Positions 12,055 to 25,108 of a DNA stretch of 64,000 nucleotides are shown here, in pieces. Made by a program: the position numbers and the translations under genes. The notes under the pieces are model-generated. The model saw only the letters and a list, made by a program, of their open reading frames with translations, had not been told where the DNA came from and searched no databases. This DNA is from Octopus vulgaris (lineage: Eukaryota): assembly GCA_951406725.2 (NCBI GenBank), contig OX597827.1, forward strand, positions 37,014,001 to 37,078,000, given 5' to 3'. The stretch's first letter is position 1, and the number at the start of each line of letters is the position of its first letter.

Positions 12055-13825
12055 TATACATATAAAATCAGGAAGAAAAATAGCCTAGATAAAGATTTGG
12101 ATACAGCAATGAAACCTAATATACTAGCTAACATATGCAGATATATTCTCAAAGCAAAAAAAATAAAACATCAGAAATAGAAATAGAACACTTAAAAGGA
12201 AAAATACATCAGGAAAACGTAGATAGTAATCTCACAGCAATGACAATAATATTATAAGCACTGGGACTGTAAAATACAAAGACAGACATAACATGTCCAA
12301 CAAAAACGAAGTAAATAACAAAAGACAACAAACCAAAACTATAGGAATGTATAATGATGAGCAAAATGCACCAAACCAGAACAGCACAGACAAAAATATG
12401 AATGGGAGAGAATACGAAACAAATCTAAAACCTGGAAATGGCGACAGTGAAACTAATGATTGTGATACTCTAAAAATGAGTATAATCAATATGGACTACC
12501 AATTGTACCTCTCAAAAATTAAAATTGATAATAAAACATCAATGATAATTAGCATGAACTTGGCCATCACAGAACTAATAGCCACAAAAACAAATGTCAA
12601 TATGACCAGGTTAAATGATATGATATATGCAGCAGTGTCTGTGGCCACGAAAGAAGCAGGATATCCCCTCAAACCCATCCAAACAGGAGTATCACCACCC
12701 AAAGAAATCCTGTGGATAAATGATATCCAGAAAAAAATGGAAAATAAAAGAAAGGATCCTTTCTTTTATTTTCTATTTTTTCCTTAACAAAATCCTTAAC
12801 AAAACTAGAAGACAATCAACACTACTAAGTAACAAGAAGAGAAGAAAAATACTACATAAATACAAAATTTCAGAACAAGGTATACCTGCGGTAAAAGAAC
12901 AACTAAAGCAAGCACAAAGAATCCACTGGTATGAGAAATGCCAACGTTCCTTTGAACAAAACAAACAGTTCAACTCCAACACTTGGCAAAAATAAAACAG
13001 AGATCAATGCAGTACGAACAGCAGAAGAAGTGGAAAAATGTTGGAAAGATATATGGTTGGTGAAGATCAGAAAAGATCTATCAAAACAACACAGCACCTA
13101 AACAACTCTAGACAACACTACCAATAGTAACAAATGTAGAATGTGTGATGAGAGGGGTGAAACGGTATGACACATCGTTAGCAGATGCAAGAAATTAGCA
13201 CAACATGAATACAAAAGACACCATGACAATGTGGCAAGAATGATCCATTGGGAGCTCTGTGGAAATCATGGCCTGCAAAGAGCAAAGACATGATATGAGA
13301 AAACTCCAGAAGTAGTCACCAAAAATGAGAACTGCAAAATCTTGTGGGATGCAATGATTCAGTCCAATTACCTGACCAGACATCGGAAACTGGACATTGT
13401 TGTGGTGAATAAAAAAGAAAGAACATGTATACTACTCCACATTGCATGCCCCGGTGACAACAGGATCCATGTGAAAGAAGACAAAATAAATAACCATGAC
13501 AATTTGAAGTGGAAAGTATGAAGGTTGTGGTCAATGAAGAGAGTAGACATGATACCAATAGTAATTGGTGAACTTGGAAGTATCAGCACTCAACTACCAG
13601 CATGACTGAAAAAGATTGGTGCAAGTGTGAAGGCAGAACACCTACAAAAATCAGTATTGCTTGGAACTGCAAGAAGTCTTTGCAGGGTTCTTGAAGCATG
13701 ACCAGTAAACAAGTGTCACCTTAATCTGCCGGTTGTGGATAGCAGACACTTTCCATCATACCCAGTAAAATAAGCTGTGTGTTTTCATATAATAATAATA
13801 ATAAAAATAATGAGGAGGAGGAGGA

Positions 13826-13856
<31 letters not shown>

Positions 13857-13869
13857 CAACAGTGGAAGC

Positions 13870-14410
13870 AGCAGAACCAGATAGTGGCTCCCATAGTTTC
13901 TGATCTTAACTGACTGGAAGTGTTATGTGCGTTGTTTTGTCTTTGTATAAAAGATGGGCTACAGTAAATATTCTGCTCAATACCACAGATTTGCTTGTCA
14001 GTTGTTTGACCTCAAACAGTTGAGCATATCCCTTAATAGCTGATGACATGTGGATCTCTGATCATGAACAGAAGTAATGGGAGAGTATCATAGCCATGTG
14101 TTGAGAGGAATTCTTTGGAGTTTATATAATTCACCCCTGAAAACATGAGTGTTTTGTTCAACATCCTTAAACAACCCTTATTCAGGGATCTTTTGAGCAA
14201 GATGGGCTACCAGACCTGAAGAAAAAATTCTAACGGGTTATGCAAGGTTATGTACTGTTAATCTTGATATGGTATCACCATGTCATGAACATATGGTTGT
14301 GATGCATGTGTCTGACATACCCTTATCAGACGGGCAGTCATGATGGGTGTACTGGGCTTCGTATATGTTACTTCAGTGTCACTTTGATGGCATGCACTGA
14401 TCTTTCACTC
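13870..14410 (+). mobile_element. Unclassified ~540-bp non-coding interspersed element ending in (TAA)n ('element X')
   Basis: Homologous copies at 61315-61735 (-), 61762-61860 (-, tail) and 18880-19045 (+, partial). Confidence 0.75.
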
Positions 14411-14414
14411 AATA

Positions 14415-14445
<31 letters not shown>

Positions 14446-14446
14446 T

Positions 14447-14708
14447 TCAATGAGAAGAGTAGACGTGATACCAGTAGTAACTGGTGCACTTGGAAGTATC
14501 AGAACTCAACTTCCAACATGGCTGAAAAAGATTGGTACAAATGTAAAGATAGACCACCTACAAAAATCAGCATTGCTTGGAGCTGCAAGAAGTCTTTGGC
14601 AGGATCTTGAAGCATGATTAGTAAATAAGTGTCACCTTAGTCTATTGGCTGTAGACAGCTGACACTTTCCATCATACCCAGAAAAATAAGCTGAGAGTTT
14701 TCCTCGTA
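14447..14708 (+). mobile_element. 5'-truncated R4/Dong copy inside (TAA)n
   Basis: Encodes SMRRVDVIPVVTGALGS..LQKSALLGAARSL..LEA*, then a 3' UTR closely matching 13700-13790. TAA repeats on both sides. Confidence 0.85.
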
Positions 14709-15889
14709 TAATAATCCTAACATTGGTACAAAAGCAAAAATGTTAGGTGGATGGATTAGCCATTTCATCAACCCCTCACCCACCCAGTACTGGCACCAAA
14801 TCCTCCTTAACCAAAAATATTTAATCTCTCTTGAGAAACATCTCAAAAGCGCAGCTATAGAAAATGCATTTGATTGTAAAACACTATTTCAGAAAGAGGA
14901 TTATGACGAATATGATTACACTGTCATGGGATGTGTGAAACCTGCCCATACTTTAGCATGGACCACATCCATAAGAGATGTGATCTTGAGACAATACTGC
15001 ATTAACTGGCCTATTGCCAATGTCTATACATTAAATATGATGCATAGATGAATAGTTTGATGTTTTAATTCAATACTGCCTCAGTTGTGAATACCAGATT
15101 TTTATTCATCCAGGTGGTCGTTTACAACATCTGTGAGTATTTTATTCCATTATTTCAGAAGTGAGAAATTCTCATTCAGGTTTGGGATTAGCTGTGAGTA
15201 TGCTTAATTGAACAGCCCAAAAGGGCTGAAATGCACTGGGTGCTCTTGTTGGCCATGACTTGGAGGAAGTTATTTTCTCTCTCCGTTATTTATTGTGTTT
15301 TTGACACAGCATATCCATAAGGGCAAATACTGCAGTAACTGGCCTATACACATTGATATGTAAATGGATGTTTTAAACATTTGTTGTTGAATTTCCTTCT
15401 ATACTCTCTCAAAATAAAAGTAGAAAAAGAAGGGAAGTGCATGATTGTCACTACACATTTTAATTTCCTGCTTCTTAACAAACCTGGAACTGTAAAGCTA
15501 TTGTACCTTACCAGCATGTAAAATCAATATTCAGATTCCGAGTGAGCAAGACCAGATATTTATGATTAGAATAACAACTTTAACTAAAAGCCATGCTGTC
15601 AGGTTTCATGTTATAGAGGGGAGTGCTGTTATTGCATTACTTCCATTGTAAATCCTGGGAAGGACAGAGTCATCTGTCAAAATAAATAATCTCTTCACAA
15701 GGTTAGTGAGAAAATCTGGCTATTAACTGTAGATTTACTTGGAGTTACCTTCATCCAGATTAAGTAATGCACTTTGGCGAAATTTTTGAAATCTTTATCA
15801 AATGTCAAATTTATTCAAATTTCATGTTTCCTAGGACAAAGTACTTCAAGATTAAGAAACCAGGTGGATCAGTCAATGGTAAATGCAGG

Positions 15890-15944
15890 TACACATGTTT
15901 ATATACATGTGTGTGTGCATGTGTGTGTGTGCACATATATGCAT

Positions 15945-15979
<35 letters not shown>

Positions 15980-16002
15980 CACACACACACATACACATAT
16001 AT

Positions 16003-16080
<78 letters not shown>
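15890..16080. repeat. Compound (TG)/(CA)/(TA) microsatellite
   Basis: Read directly from the sequence. Confidence 0.95.
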
Positions 16081-16082
<2 letters not shown>

Positions 16083-16468
16083 TGGATGAACAATTAAGAA
16101 CTTAGCTTCTCAATGCATGAGGTCTTGGATTCCATTCCACAGCAGTGTCTGGGGTAAATGTCATTTTATATAGCTTTGGGTTGACCTAGAATGTATGGGT
16201 TGACAGAAATGTATAGAAGCACATATCTGTGGGATACTCAGTCACTTACATGCTATTTCAATGAGTAGAAACATGTTGAATATACTTTGGAATTCATTAA
16301 TTGCAAGGTAAAAGGAGTTGTACAATTTCTTCTTATTTTTATTTTCCCCTTACCTACATATCATAACTAGTGCTGGAAGCTGATTGGATAATGATACTCT
16401 ATGTGGAGCTCTGACTCATACATTAGTAGTTGTACATCTAACTATATAAACAATACATACATATATTT

Positions 16469-16762
16469 ACAAAATTGAACACACATACACATGTGTGCTG
16501 TTAGCTCATGAGTTGGCTGCAGTTTTTAGGTGAAAGAGAACATATTCTCTATGCGTCTGGTGTAAAAAAACACCTGAAAGTCAGTTACAATTAAGTGAGT
16601 CAACTCACATTAGGTCCTTTCTCGGAGTGACAGACATTGATGTTTCATTATTGTTTTGACTTACACCAAGTGTATAGAGGATATATTCTCTTATGGCTAA
16701 AAGCTACAGTTGACCCATGAACTAGCAACACACATTACCTGTGTATGTGTGTTCGATTTTGT
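16469..16762. repeat. Foldback palindrome with ~100-bp arms
   Basis: 16469-16565 matches the reverse complement of 16661-16762 (acaaaattgaacacacatacaca / tgtgtatgtgtgttcgattttgt). Confidence 0.85.
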
Positions 16763-16924
16763 TTATATATCTCAAGCTGCTTCAAATTCCATATTTGAAT
16801 ACAGATATTTATATATATGTACACAGCTTTATGTTAGATGAATGAGAAAAGAGTGCATAATGCATGTAGGATATGGTTTTTTTAGTTTCAGTTTCATCAG
16901 AAAATTCTGTGAGTGTATGTATGC

Positions 16925-17870
16925 GTAGTGCTTAATGACTCAGAGACGAGGTGGTGAAGCATGATCTTTGAACTTTGAGACTCACAGAGGGGATGACAAA
17001 TGACCAAGACCTCTGGCGATATGCTGTACATGAGAAGACTCATCTGGCCAAGTGAAATCATAGTTGTGGCTATGCTGGTGTCATGGAAATGGCAATTGTG
17101 CATTATAGTCATCATCATTGCTGGTGCCATGTAAATGACACTTGTGAATCATAGTCATGTTTGCTGCCAGTGCCATGTAAATGGCACCCATGCATCGTAG
17201 TCATGGTCATTGATGGTGCCATGTAAATGGCACCCATGAGTTGTGGTCATTGCCAGTGCCATGTAAATGGCACTCATAAATCATAGCATGGTTGCTGCTG
17301 GTGCCATGTCAATGGTACCTGTGCATCGTAGTTGTGGCTATTGCCGGTGCCATGCACTTTGTACCTGTGAATTGTAGGTGCGGTCATTGCCAGTGTCATT
17401 TAAATGGCACCTGTGCCTCATAGTCAAGGTCATTGCCGGTGCCAAGTGCATCGCACCCATGAATCGTTGTTACCAGTGTCATGTAAATGGTACCCACACT
17501 GGTGGTATGTAAAGGCACCCATTACACTCTTAGAGTAGTTGGCATCCAGCTGTAGAGATCATTGTAATCCAATGTTTGATTGTTATATTGTCCACTCAGG
17601 TATAACAGTATAGTTAGTTAACTAAAGACACGACTATCTATGACTGACCTCTTGACCACTTGACTTCCTTACATCACAGTATTTGTAATGACTAGCACAT
17701 ACCGCTCGTCACGTGGGAAGGGTGTTCCATTATTATTATTATCCCCATAACAGAAACCATGCCAAATCAGACTGAAACCTGGTGCAGCTTTCTGGCTCAT
17801 CAGCTCCAACCAAACCATCTAACCCATGCTAGCTTGGAGAATGGATGTTAAACGATGATGCCAATGAGGA
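16925..17870 (+). mobile_element. 5'-truncated RTE LINE 3' end with a tandem array in its 3' UTR
   Basis: C-terminal peptide DEVVKHDL*TLRLTEGMTNDQDLWRYAVHEKT; ~46-bp tandem units at 17060-17520; tail ggatgttaaacgatgatg. Confidence 0.75.
17563..17752 (-). mobile_element. Probable solo LTR (TG..CA), 190 bp
   Basis: Interrupts the conserved ctgtagaaaccatgcc motif; termini tgtaat / ataaca. Confidence 0.5.
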
Positions 17871-20153
17871 TATATGTGATGAGGAAGAGAATAATATATG
17901 CTAAAGATTCTCTATGAACTGGCACCTACCTTTTAGCTAAGAAAGTGAAAAATGTTAGTGGTTCTGAAATAAAGTAGGGAGATAATTTCAACAAATTTAG
18001 TTTTAATTTTACTGAAAATGATTAATTTTCATTCTCAAGGGAAAAATCTTTGATTTGGTACCAAATGAAGGGATAACTATGTATTTGTTCCCATATTATT
18101 GTACCTCATTAGCAAAGTATAGTAATCTCAAAACTTGTACATCAATGGACAAAATTTTTTATGAGTAGTAAAAGTGTTACAAGCTATTTTGGTCAGTAGG
18201 TATTGACAAAATTATAAAAAGAGAGCTGAATCAAATATGTTAATAGAGTGAATAAGACTAAAACATACCTTTAGCTTCCACCTTTCCTACTTAGATATAA
18301 TTTTTCTGTAAGCATGAAAATCGATAATCTTCTCTGAATTTCTCTTCTCCTATCTTGTATTTTGGGAGTTTCCTTATGCTAATAATAAACATACATGTTG
18401 ATTATATTTCTCTCCTTTATTTTAATTAATTAATTTGTTAACCAATCAACTCATTGGTTTATTGATTAACCATCCATTTTGTCAATCAAACCAATTGATT
18501 GAACAAATAATTAATTAAAATATCACTAAATTAAGTAACAAAGTGAAATAGAACCAGTGCATGTGTTTATTATTGTTGTCACGACCCTCCCAAGATACAA
18601 CAAAATCTGTTTCAGCACATGAATTCACATCAAGAATCTTGCAAATCAAATACAAAAGTGAAATTTAATCCTTTATCTCTTTATCTCTCCTTTTCTTTGT
18701 AACAAAATTTCATTTTTTTTTGTCTTTGGACACTAAGTACTATTTCCTATTTACTTCTAACTAGAAATCAAAGGAAACAACAACTTCAAACTTTGCTTTT
18801 GTGACCTGGACACCAATGTTTTGAAATCACCTATTTTCCATTACATTCCGGAGATTCACTGCTGAGTTGTTGAAGCAGAAATATTATAGCATATATTCTG
18901 ATCAATACCACAGATTTGCTTGTTAGTTGCTTCACCTTAACCACTTGAGCATTACCCTTAATGACTGAAAATATGTGCACCCATAAGCTGGAGTAGTTGG
19001 GGAGCACCATAACCCTGTGTTGAAAGGGATTCTTTGGGGTTTCAATAAATATAACAAAACCAAATTTTGATGGTAATATTAACCATTTTTCATACTTCCT
19101 AGGGGTAAGCAAATAAGAAATAACAGTTACTACCCAAGGACGAAAATCGTATTACACAGTGTAATTACTAACAATTGTCACTAGGATTCCTATCTCTTCT
19201 TCAATGACCAAGAAAATTTCAGTTTGACAATTTTCTATGTAAATAATTGAATGCATCCTCACCCATCTTACTTATCTAATTTCACGTCATTGTTATGTTC
19301 TAGTTATTTCCCTGAGCTCCTTTTTTGTAATTATGAAAATTAGTTTCGATCAAAATTGTTTGTAATCATTTTCTTCTGGAGAAAGAATTTTCCACTATTG
19401 ATTACATGCATATCACTGCTCATCATTAAATCAGGAGAATGGAATAATGCATAAATTCCACATGATAAAACGCTAATTTAAATATAAATTGAAGTTTTAT
19501 TTTAAATTTTAAGACTTTGAATGATTGACAGATGAAGGATATATTTCAAAGCAATTAACTAAGTCATAGGAGAAGACACTCCATACGTGGACATCAACAA
19601 GTGAAACTGTATCAACAATAGCAATGAATATATAATTAAACTATGAATGAAGATAAGAATAAATCTGATAAGTAATTCAAGAGGAAACTTGTCAGAAAGA
19701 TGAGAGAGGCTTCAACAATAGCCATTGTAAATGGACCATCAGCATATACGTTGGAGTGGGGGAGAGGGCTCTACCGTTTGATGAAGTAAACTATCTACTC
19801 ATTGAATTAGTGTTCGATGAAGATGAAGAGGGTGGTGGTAGTGGTGGTGTTGAGGATGGTGATGATGATGATGATATACTTCAGTGAATAGTTTCCCTTT
19901 TGACTTCCTAACCTAAAGTATATGTGCATGTGTGTATATGTGTGTATGTATGCGTGTGTATGTGTGTGCATGCATGTCTGCATATACTCACATACAGATA
20001 CATATGGATTCAATGCCAATATGAAAATGCATATGATAATAATGCTGATTGTAATGTATATATCTGTGTGTATGTGTATGTGTGTGCATGTATATGTAAG
20101 TATGTGCATGTGTGTGTGTGCATATATATGTATTATGTGCATGTGTGTATGTT

Positions 20154-20186
<33 letters not shown>

Positions 20187-20344
20187 TTGTGTATGTCCTT
20201 TGAAATGCATGTATGTATTGAATCCTATTTTGTATTTAATCTAATTTTGATTCAACATCTTTTTCTCCTTCATTTTATCTATAATTGTTTATGGTATTTT
20301 TATACCTATAACAATATTTTTCAACTTTGGTGAAATACTGTGCT

Positions 20345-20610
20345 TGAGGAGACTTGTCAAGCCAAGTGAAATTGTATTCATGGCTGATGCTGGGGTCATG
20401 TAACTGGGACCTGTGTCAGTAGTATGTAAAAAGTACCCATCATACTCCCGGAGTGGTTAGCATTAGGAAGGGCATCCAGTCATAGAAACCGTGCCAAATC
20501 AGACTGGAATTTAGTGTAGGTCTCTGGCTTACCAGTTTCCAGTTAAACCATCTAATTCAAGCCAGAATGGAAAGCAGGCACCAAATGATGATAATGATGG
20601 TGATGATGAT
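20345..20610 (+). mobile_element. RTE-type 3' UTR fragment
   Basis: gagtggttagcattaggaagggcatccag..agaaacc with a (GAT)n tail. Confidence 0.7.
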
Positions 20611-21068
20611 TGCACATACACACACATATTTACATATACAGAGAAGAAAAGAAACACTGATAATATGCATTAGGCTGTAGTGATAAGTATGATCAGGAAT
20701 ATAAAATTTGGAATTACCCAATGATTGACAGGAGACAGTGAACCAATGCTTCATTTCTTTTCCATTAATTCCAAATGCTACGACCAAATCTGTCATTCAA
20801 CAAAGCCTAGGCCGGAAGTTAAAGGGTCTACTAACCTAATCACATCGGTGCCAATAATGACTTGGTAGAATTAATATATCTTTACTTTGAGAATATAATA
20901 AGAAGAAATAGTATTGAAGTAAGTGAGAATTCAATAAATTTAATTATTTTATTCACTTATATAGATTTAGTTAAATGTCTTTAATATGTGCAAAATTATA
21001 TACATGTATATTTGATTTTACATGTGTGTGTGAATACATATACATACATACATACATACATACATACA

Positions 21069-21100
<32 letters not shown>

Positions 21101-21141
21101 CGTGTACATGCACACACATACATATGCTACCATCCTCTTAG

Positions 21142-21259
21142 GTGAATTAGGTTATGTACCAATAGATTTGCACAAAAACCCAGAAATAGTGAGTTTCATG
21201 GAAAAAAAAAGAATGAAAGAAATTGATGCAGATTCTCCAAAATCAATCAGTGAATATTT
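21142..21259 (+). CDS. Candidate internal exon (GELGYVPIDLHKNPEIVSFMEKKRMKEIDADSPKSISEYL)
   Basis: Acceptor catcctcttag, donor gtaaga (alternative donor gtgagt at 21189), open frame, non-repetitive sequence. No homology recognised. Confidence 0.2.
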
Positions 21260-21704
21260 GTAAGACATTCCAAAAATTCGTCATCTGAGATTCTCATGTG
21301 AGTAGATATACACACTTAAGAGTATGCATTGACAGTTCAACCACTATATCACTTCAACCATATATTTACAAACACTGGGAACTCTCTTAACTCAAGAAAT
21401 CTTATTGAACTCTTTTAAGAACTTAAATAAAACCCAAAGAAAAATCCTACATAAATATTTATAGTGGGTTTCCCCATCAGCTTCAGTACTACAGCTGTTA
21501 GACTATTCACACAGATAGTTGGTTTTCAGTGGTGAAGGCTTATGTATTACCAGCAGTTTTTGGAAATGTTAATCACAAAAATTTGGTGCGAATGTTTACC
21601 ATAGATTCAATGAACAACATACTTCAGGCTTTTCTATTAGAGTTCCCTATCCCCTGGGCTAGATCCCTTTGCTACTGCTTCATCCAACCTACTAAGTTCT
21701 ATCA

Positions 21705-22287
21705 TCATCATCATCATCATCGTTTAGCATCCGCTTTCCATGCTAGCATGGGTTGGACGGTTTAACTGGGGTCTGGGAAGTCAGAAGGCTGCGCCAGGCC
21801 CAGCCTGATCTGGCAGTGTTTCTACAGCTGGATGCCCTTCTTAATGCCAATCACTCCGTGAGTGTAGTGGATGCTTTTTACGTGCCACCAGCACAGGGAA
21901 CAGACGAGGCTGGCAACGGCCACGATCGGATGGTGCTTTTTACATGCTACCAGCATGGAGGCCACTCGGGGCGGTGCTGGCAATGGCCACATTCAGATGG
22001 TTCTCTTACGTGCCACCGGCACTGGTATCACAGCTACAATTTCCATTGATGTTGATTGATTTCGATTTTCACTTGTCTCAACAGGTCTTCACAAGTAGAG
22101 TTTTGTGTCCCAAGAAGGAAAGGTATGCATAAGTGGACTGGCTACATCCCAGGTAGAGGCCACAGGTTAGGGTCTCATTTGTCCTGCCGGGTCTTCTCAT
22201 GCACAGCATACTTCCAAAGGTCTCGGTCTCTAGTCATTTCTTCGGTGAGACCTAAAGTTCAAAGGTCGTGCTTCACCACCTCGTCCC

Positions 22288-22290
<3 letters not shown>
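21705..22290 (-). mobile_element. 5'-truncated RTE LINE 3' end
   Basis: Minus strand encodes WDEVVKHDL*TLGLTEEMTRDRDLWKYAVHEKT; the 3' UTR has ~60-bp tandem units and a (GAT)n tail. Confidence 0.8.
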
Positions 22291-22333
<43 letters not shown>

Positions 22334-23354
22334 TTGTTATTGGATGACCATTGACTCTTCTGAATTCATTGCACTCTGACAGATTTTATTTTTGATCTTA
22401 TAGGGTGTCCAAAAGCTCACTCTTCTCACCAAGTAGGCTTGGTGGTGTTGTCAACTTAGTCACCAATGACCTGATGATGCAATACATTCTACTGGGTCAT
22501 ATGTAGCACTCAAGAGCAACCTCACCCTCGCCATTTTTGATTTCTACTCATGACATGTAGCTGGTAAGGTAAACCTGTCAAAACTTGGCAAATATAGGCC
22601 TGTTTCTTGATCGGACTCATTACAGGACTTGCAACAGTACTGGGTATAGATCTCTCATTGCCTGGTGGACCGTGGAAATCAAGTGGAACTGATACTGAGA
22701 CTAAAGTAACATATTTGATGGTTTATAAGGTGCGTAAGCTTATATGATACCCTCTAAGTTTGGCAGTCCCTTCTATGGAAAAAAATTAAAAGTAACTTGT
22801 TTTCACCTGATATTCCTTTCCTATCCCATTATCAGATTATTTTAAAGTCTGATATATAGCTCTTTTGTTACTATATCTCTTTCTAAAATGGAACCACACC
22901 TGCTGTATATGGAATCATTCATCCTTTAAAGATTGCTCAACTAATTGCAATAGAGTTTTATATCATTAAATACCAACTCCTACAAGAAAGCTGTCTATTT
23001 TTGCACTGTTATGAAATATTTCATATCTACAACAGATGCAAAGAAGCAAGTGACAGAGACATCAACACCAAATAGTTCCAAAGGGCGTTAATTAATAACA
23101 AACAGCTATCCAGCATCTTTTACCAGATATCAACTTCAAAGAATGTTCACACCACCACTGACAACAACACTTTATTTGAAAACTGCCACACTTTCTTGAT
23201 AAAATAACTACTGCAATCTGTCCAGCAAACCATAGGGGAATATTAAATATACAAGCAGCGCTCACTTGATCTCCCCTGTGAAAATATCTATCTGGAAGCC
23301 AGACCATACTCAGCCACAATGCTTGCACATTAACAAACTGAACGGTCAACATCA

Positions 23355-23580
23355 CCATCATCGCCCTCACTTAATGTTCATCTCCCATACTGGCATGGGT
23401 TCGTTGGTTTGGCAGGAGCTGGTAAGCCAGACAACTGCACCATGTTCTACTGTTTTGGTATGGTTTTTACAACTGGATGTCCTTCTTAAAGCCAACCACT
23501 TTACAGAATGGACTGGATGCTTTTTTATGTGATACCAGCACTGGCGAAGTCATTAAATAACTTGCAAGACACAGATCCTT
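23355..23580 (-). mobile_element. RTE-type 3' UTR fragment
   Basis: Same tail family (ctggatgtccttc..gccaaccacttt). Confidence 0.65.
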
Positions 23581-25072
23581 TCAGAGTGGTGGGGTATTGG
23601 AGGAGATGGTTTTGTGCTAAGTGATGAGAGGTTAGAGTATGACAGAGGGACAGAAACAGGTATTTTGCTGTAGAGGAGATACATGGCTACTCCAGTCAGA
23701 GAGAAAGGGAGAGAGTGAGAGAGACAGTGAAGGTGAGAGAGAGAGTAAGAGATGTGCTAGGAAATACTTTCAAGGTATGGAGAGGAGAAACACTGCCGAG
23801 CATGCATGAGTAGGGAGTTCATATGAATATAAAAAAGGTGGGATGGGGAGAAGGGGATATGTCTAGGTATATAGAGGAGAGATGACAAGATAGCAATGAT
23901 ACAGCTTGCAAGGCAGGGTGGACAGGATTGGGTTACAAGAGTGTGGTGGGTTTGGTGAGATAAGAAAAGTGCACGAAAAAGAAGAAATGTGAGGAAGAGA
24001 GATGTAGTTTGGTTTATTGGGGTAGGGTGTATGGAAAACTTTGTTACATATGGGTGGGACACACAACACTCCTAGAACTCAGTTTTGCTGAGGTGGGCAG
24101 GGCTTCTGAACAACCTTATATCTCCAGATACCTCAGTTCATTGCCATCTTCTCTATGGACATCTGTTTATGAGCCTATCTGACATATAATTTGTAGTAAA
24201 TGCATAATTCTTACATTAGTAGCACCATTCACAAACTGAACATCTGTTTTAAAGAGCACCATTTATGCAAATGCTCTCTTAACAAAAACCTCAGGTGAAA
24301 TTTAAAATGAAAGTATCTGATTTTTTGTCCAAGTTATAAAGTGAAATGTAAGAAATGTAAGGATTAAAGGAGCTATCCTGATTAACAAACTCAATTTATC
24401 TATTACCTACAGACATGAACTGAGCTACCACTATGGCTGGCTGATTTAACACAACCTGTGCACACGTGTCACAACCTTTTCCTCCTCAATGTTAGAAAAA
24501 TTATTTTGATGGGTGCAAATAAAGCTAACCTGTCCTTCATTTTAAAAATATACATGAAACTAGTAGTAGTGTCAATTTTACTGTTTCTAGCCAGTTGCAC
24601 ATTTTTGCATGTCCAACTGGTCTTTTAGTTTTGATAGTTTTTGTTGTACAAGGTTGTTACTGGTGGTGGTAGTAGTGTATGTGCATGTGTGCTTGCTTGC
24701 ACAAGTGGATGTGTGAGTATGTGTGTATGAAGATGTAAGTTTCTGCTTTTGCATATATGTTTAAGATATTGTGGGTGTATGTGTATGATTATGTATTTGT
24801 GCAATTTTGTGAACTAATCTGGGCATTTGTGTATTTATGTATGGGTATGTGTGTATGTGTGTGAGTGCGTGTGTGTATTTTTATGATTGTAGGTGTATCT
24901 ATTTTGGCTTAGTTGTGCATAAGAGAGAGAGTGCAGGCATAAACCTGTGTATGTGTGTGTACAAAAAGGGGAATGAGAGAGAGAGAATGTATGTATGAAA
25001 AGAGTAGAGAGAGAGAGAAAGTGTGTATGTGTTTGTGAAAGGGGGAAATAAAGAATGTCTGGGAAGATGAGT

Positions 25073-25108
<36 letters not shown>

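Larger units (their letters stand above)
10910..13790 (+). mobile_element. Internally deleted R4/Dong-clade non-LTR retrotransposon with RLE endonuclease
   Basis: N-terminal KWTREEY-like segment (~11000). CCHC knuckle CRMC..ETV*HIVSRC (13135-13190), KILWD, R.LDIVVVNKKERTC and LQKSVLLGTARSL..VLEA* (13700). The 3' UTR ends in (TAA)n. RT core missing. Confidence 0.85.

Noticed and set aside
12293-12787. 164-aa ORF as a host gene
   Set aside because: It lies within the decayed Dong ORF.
14030-14100. Hammerhead in element X (gctgatga..gaag)
   Set aside because: No GAAA with properly paired stems II and III.
14993-15080. miR-8/miR-200 family (AATACTG seed)
   Set aside because: Only the seed matches; no precursor hairpin is visible.
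17060-17520. CRISPR-like repeat-spacer array
   Set aside because: The spacers are homologous to each other, the context is a eukaryotic LINE 3' UTR, and there are no cas genes.
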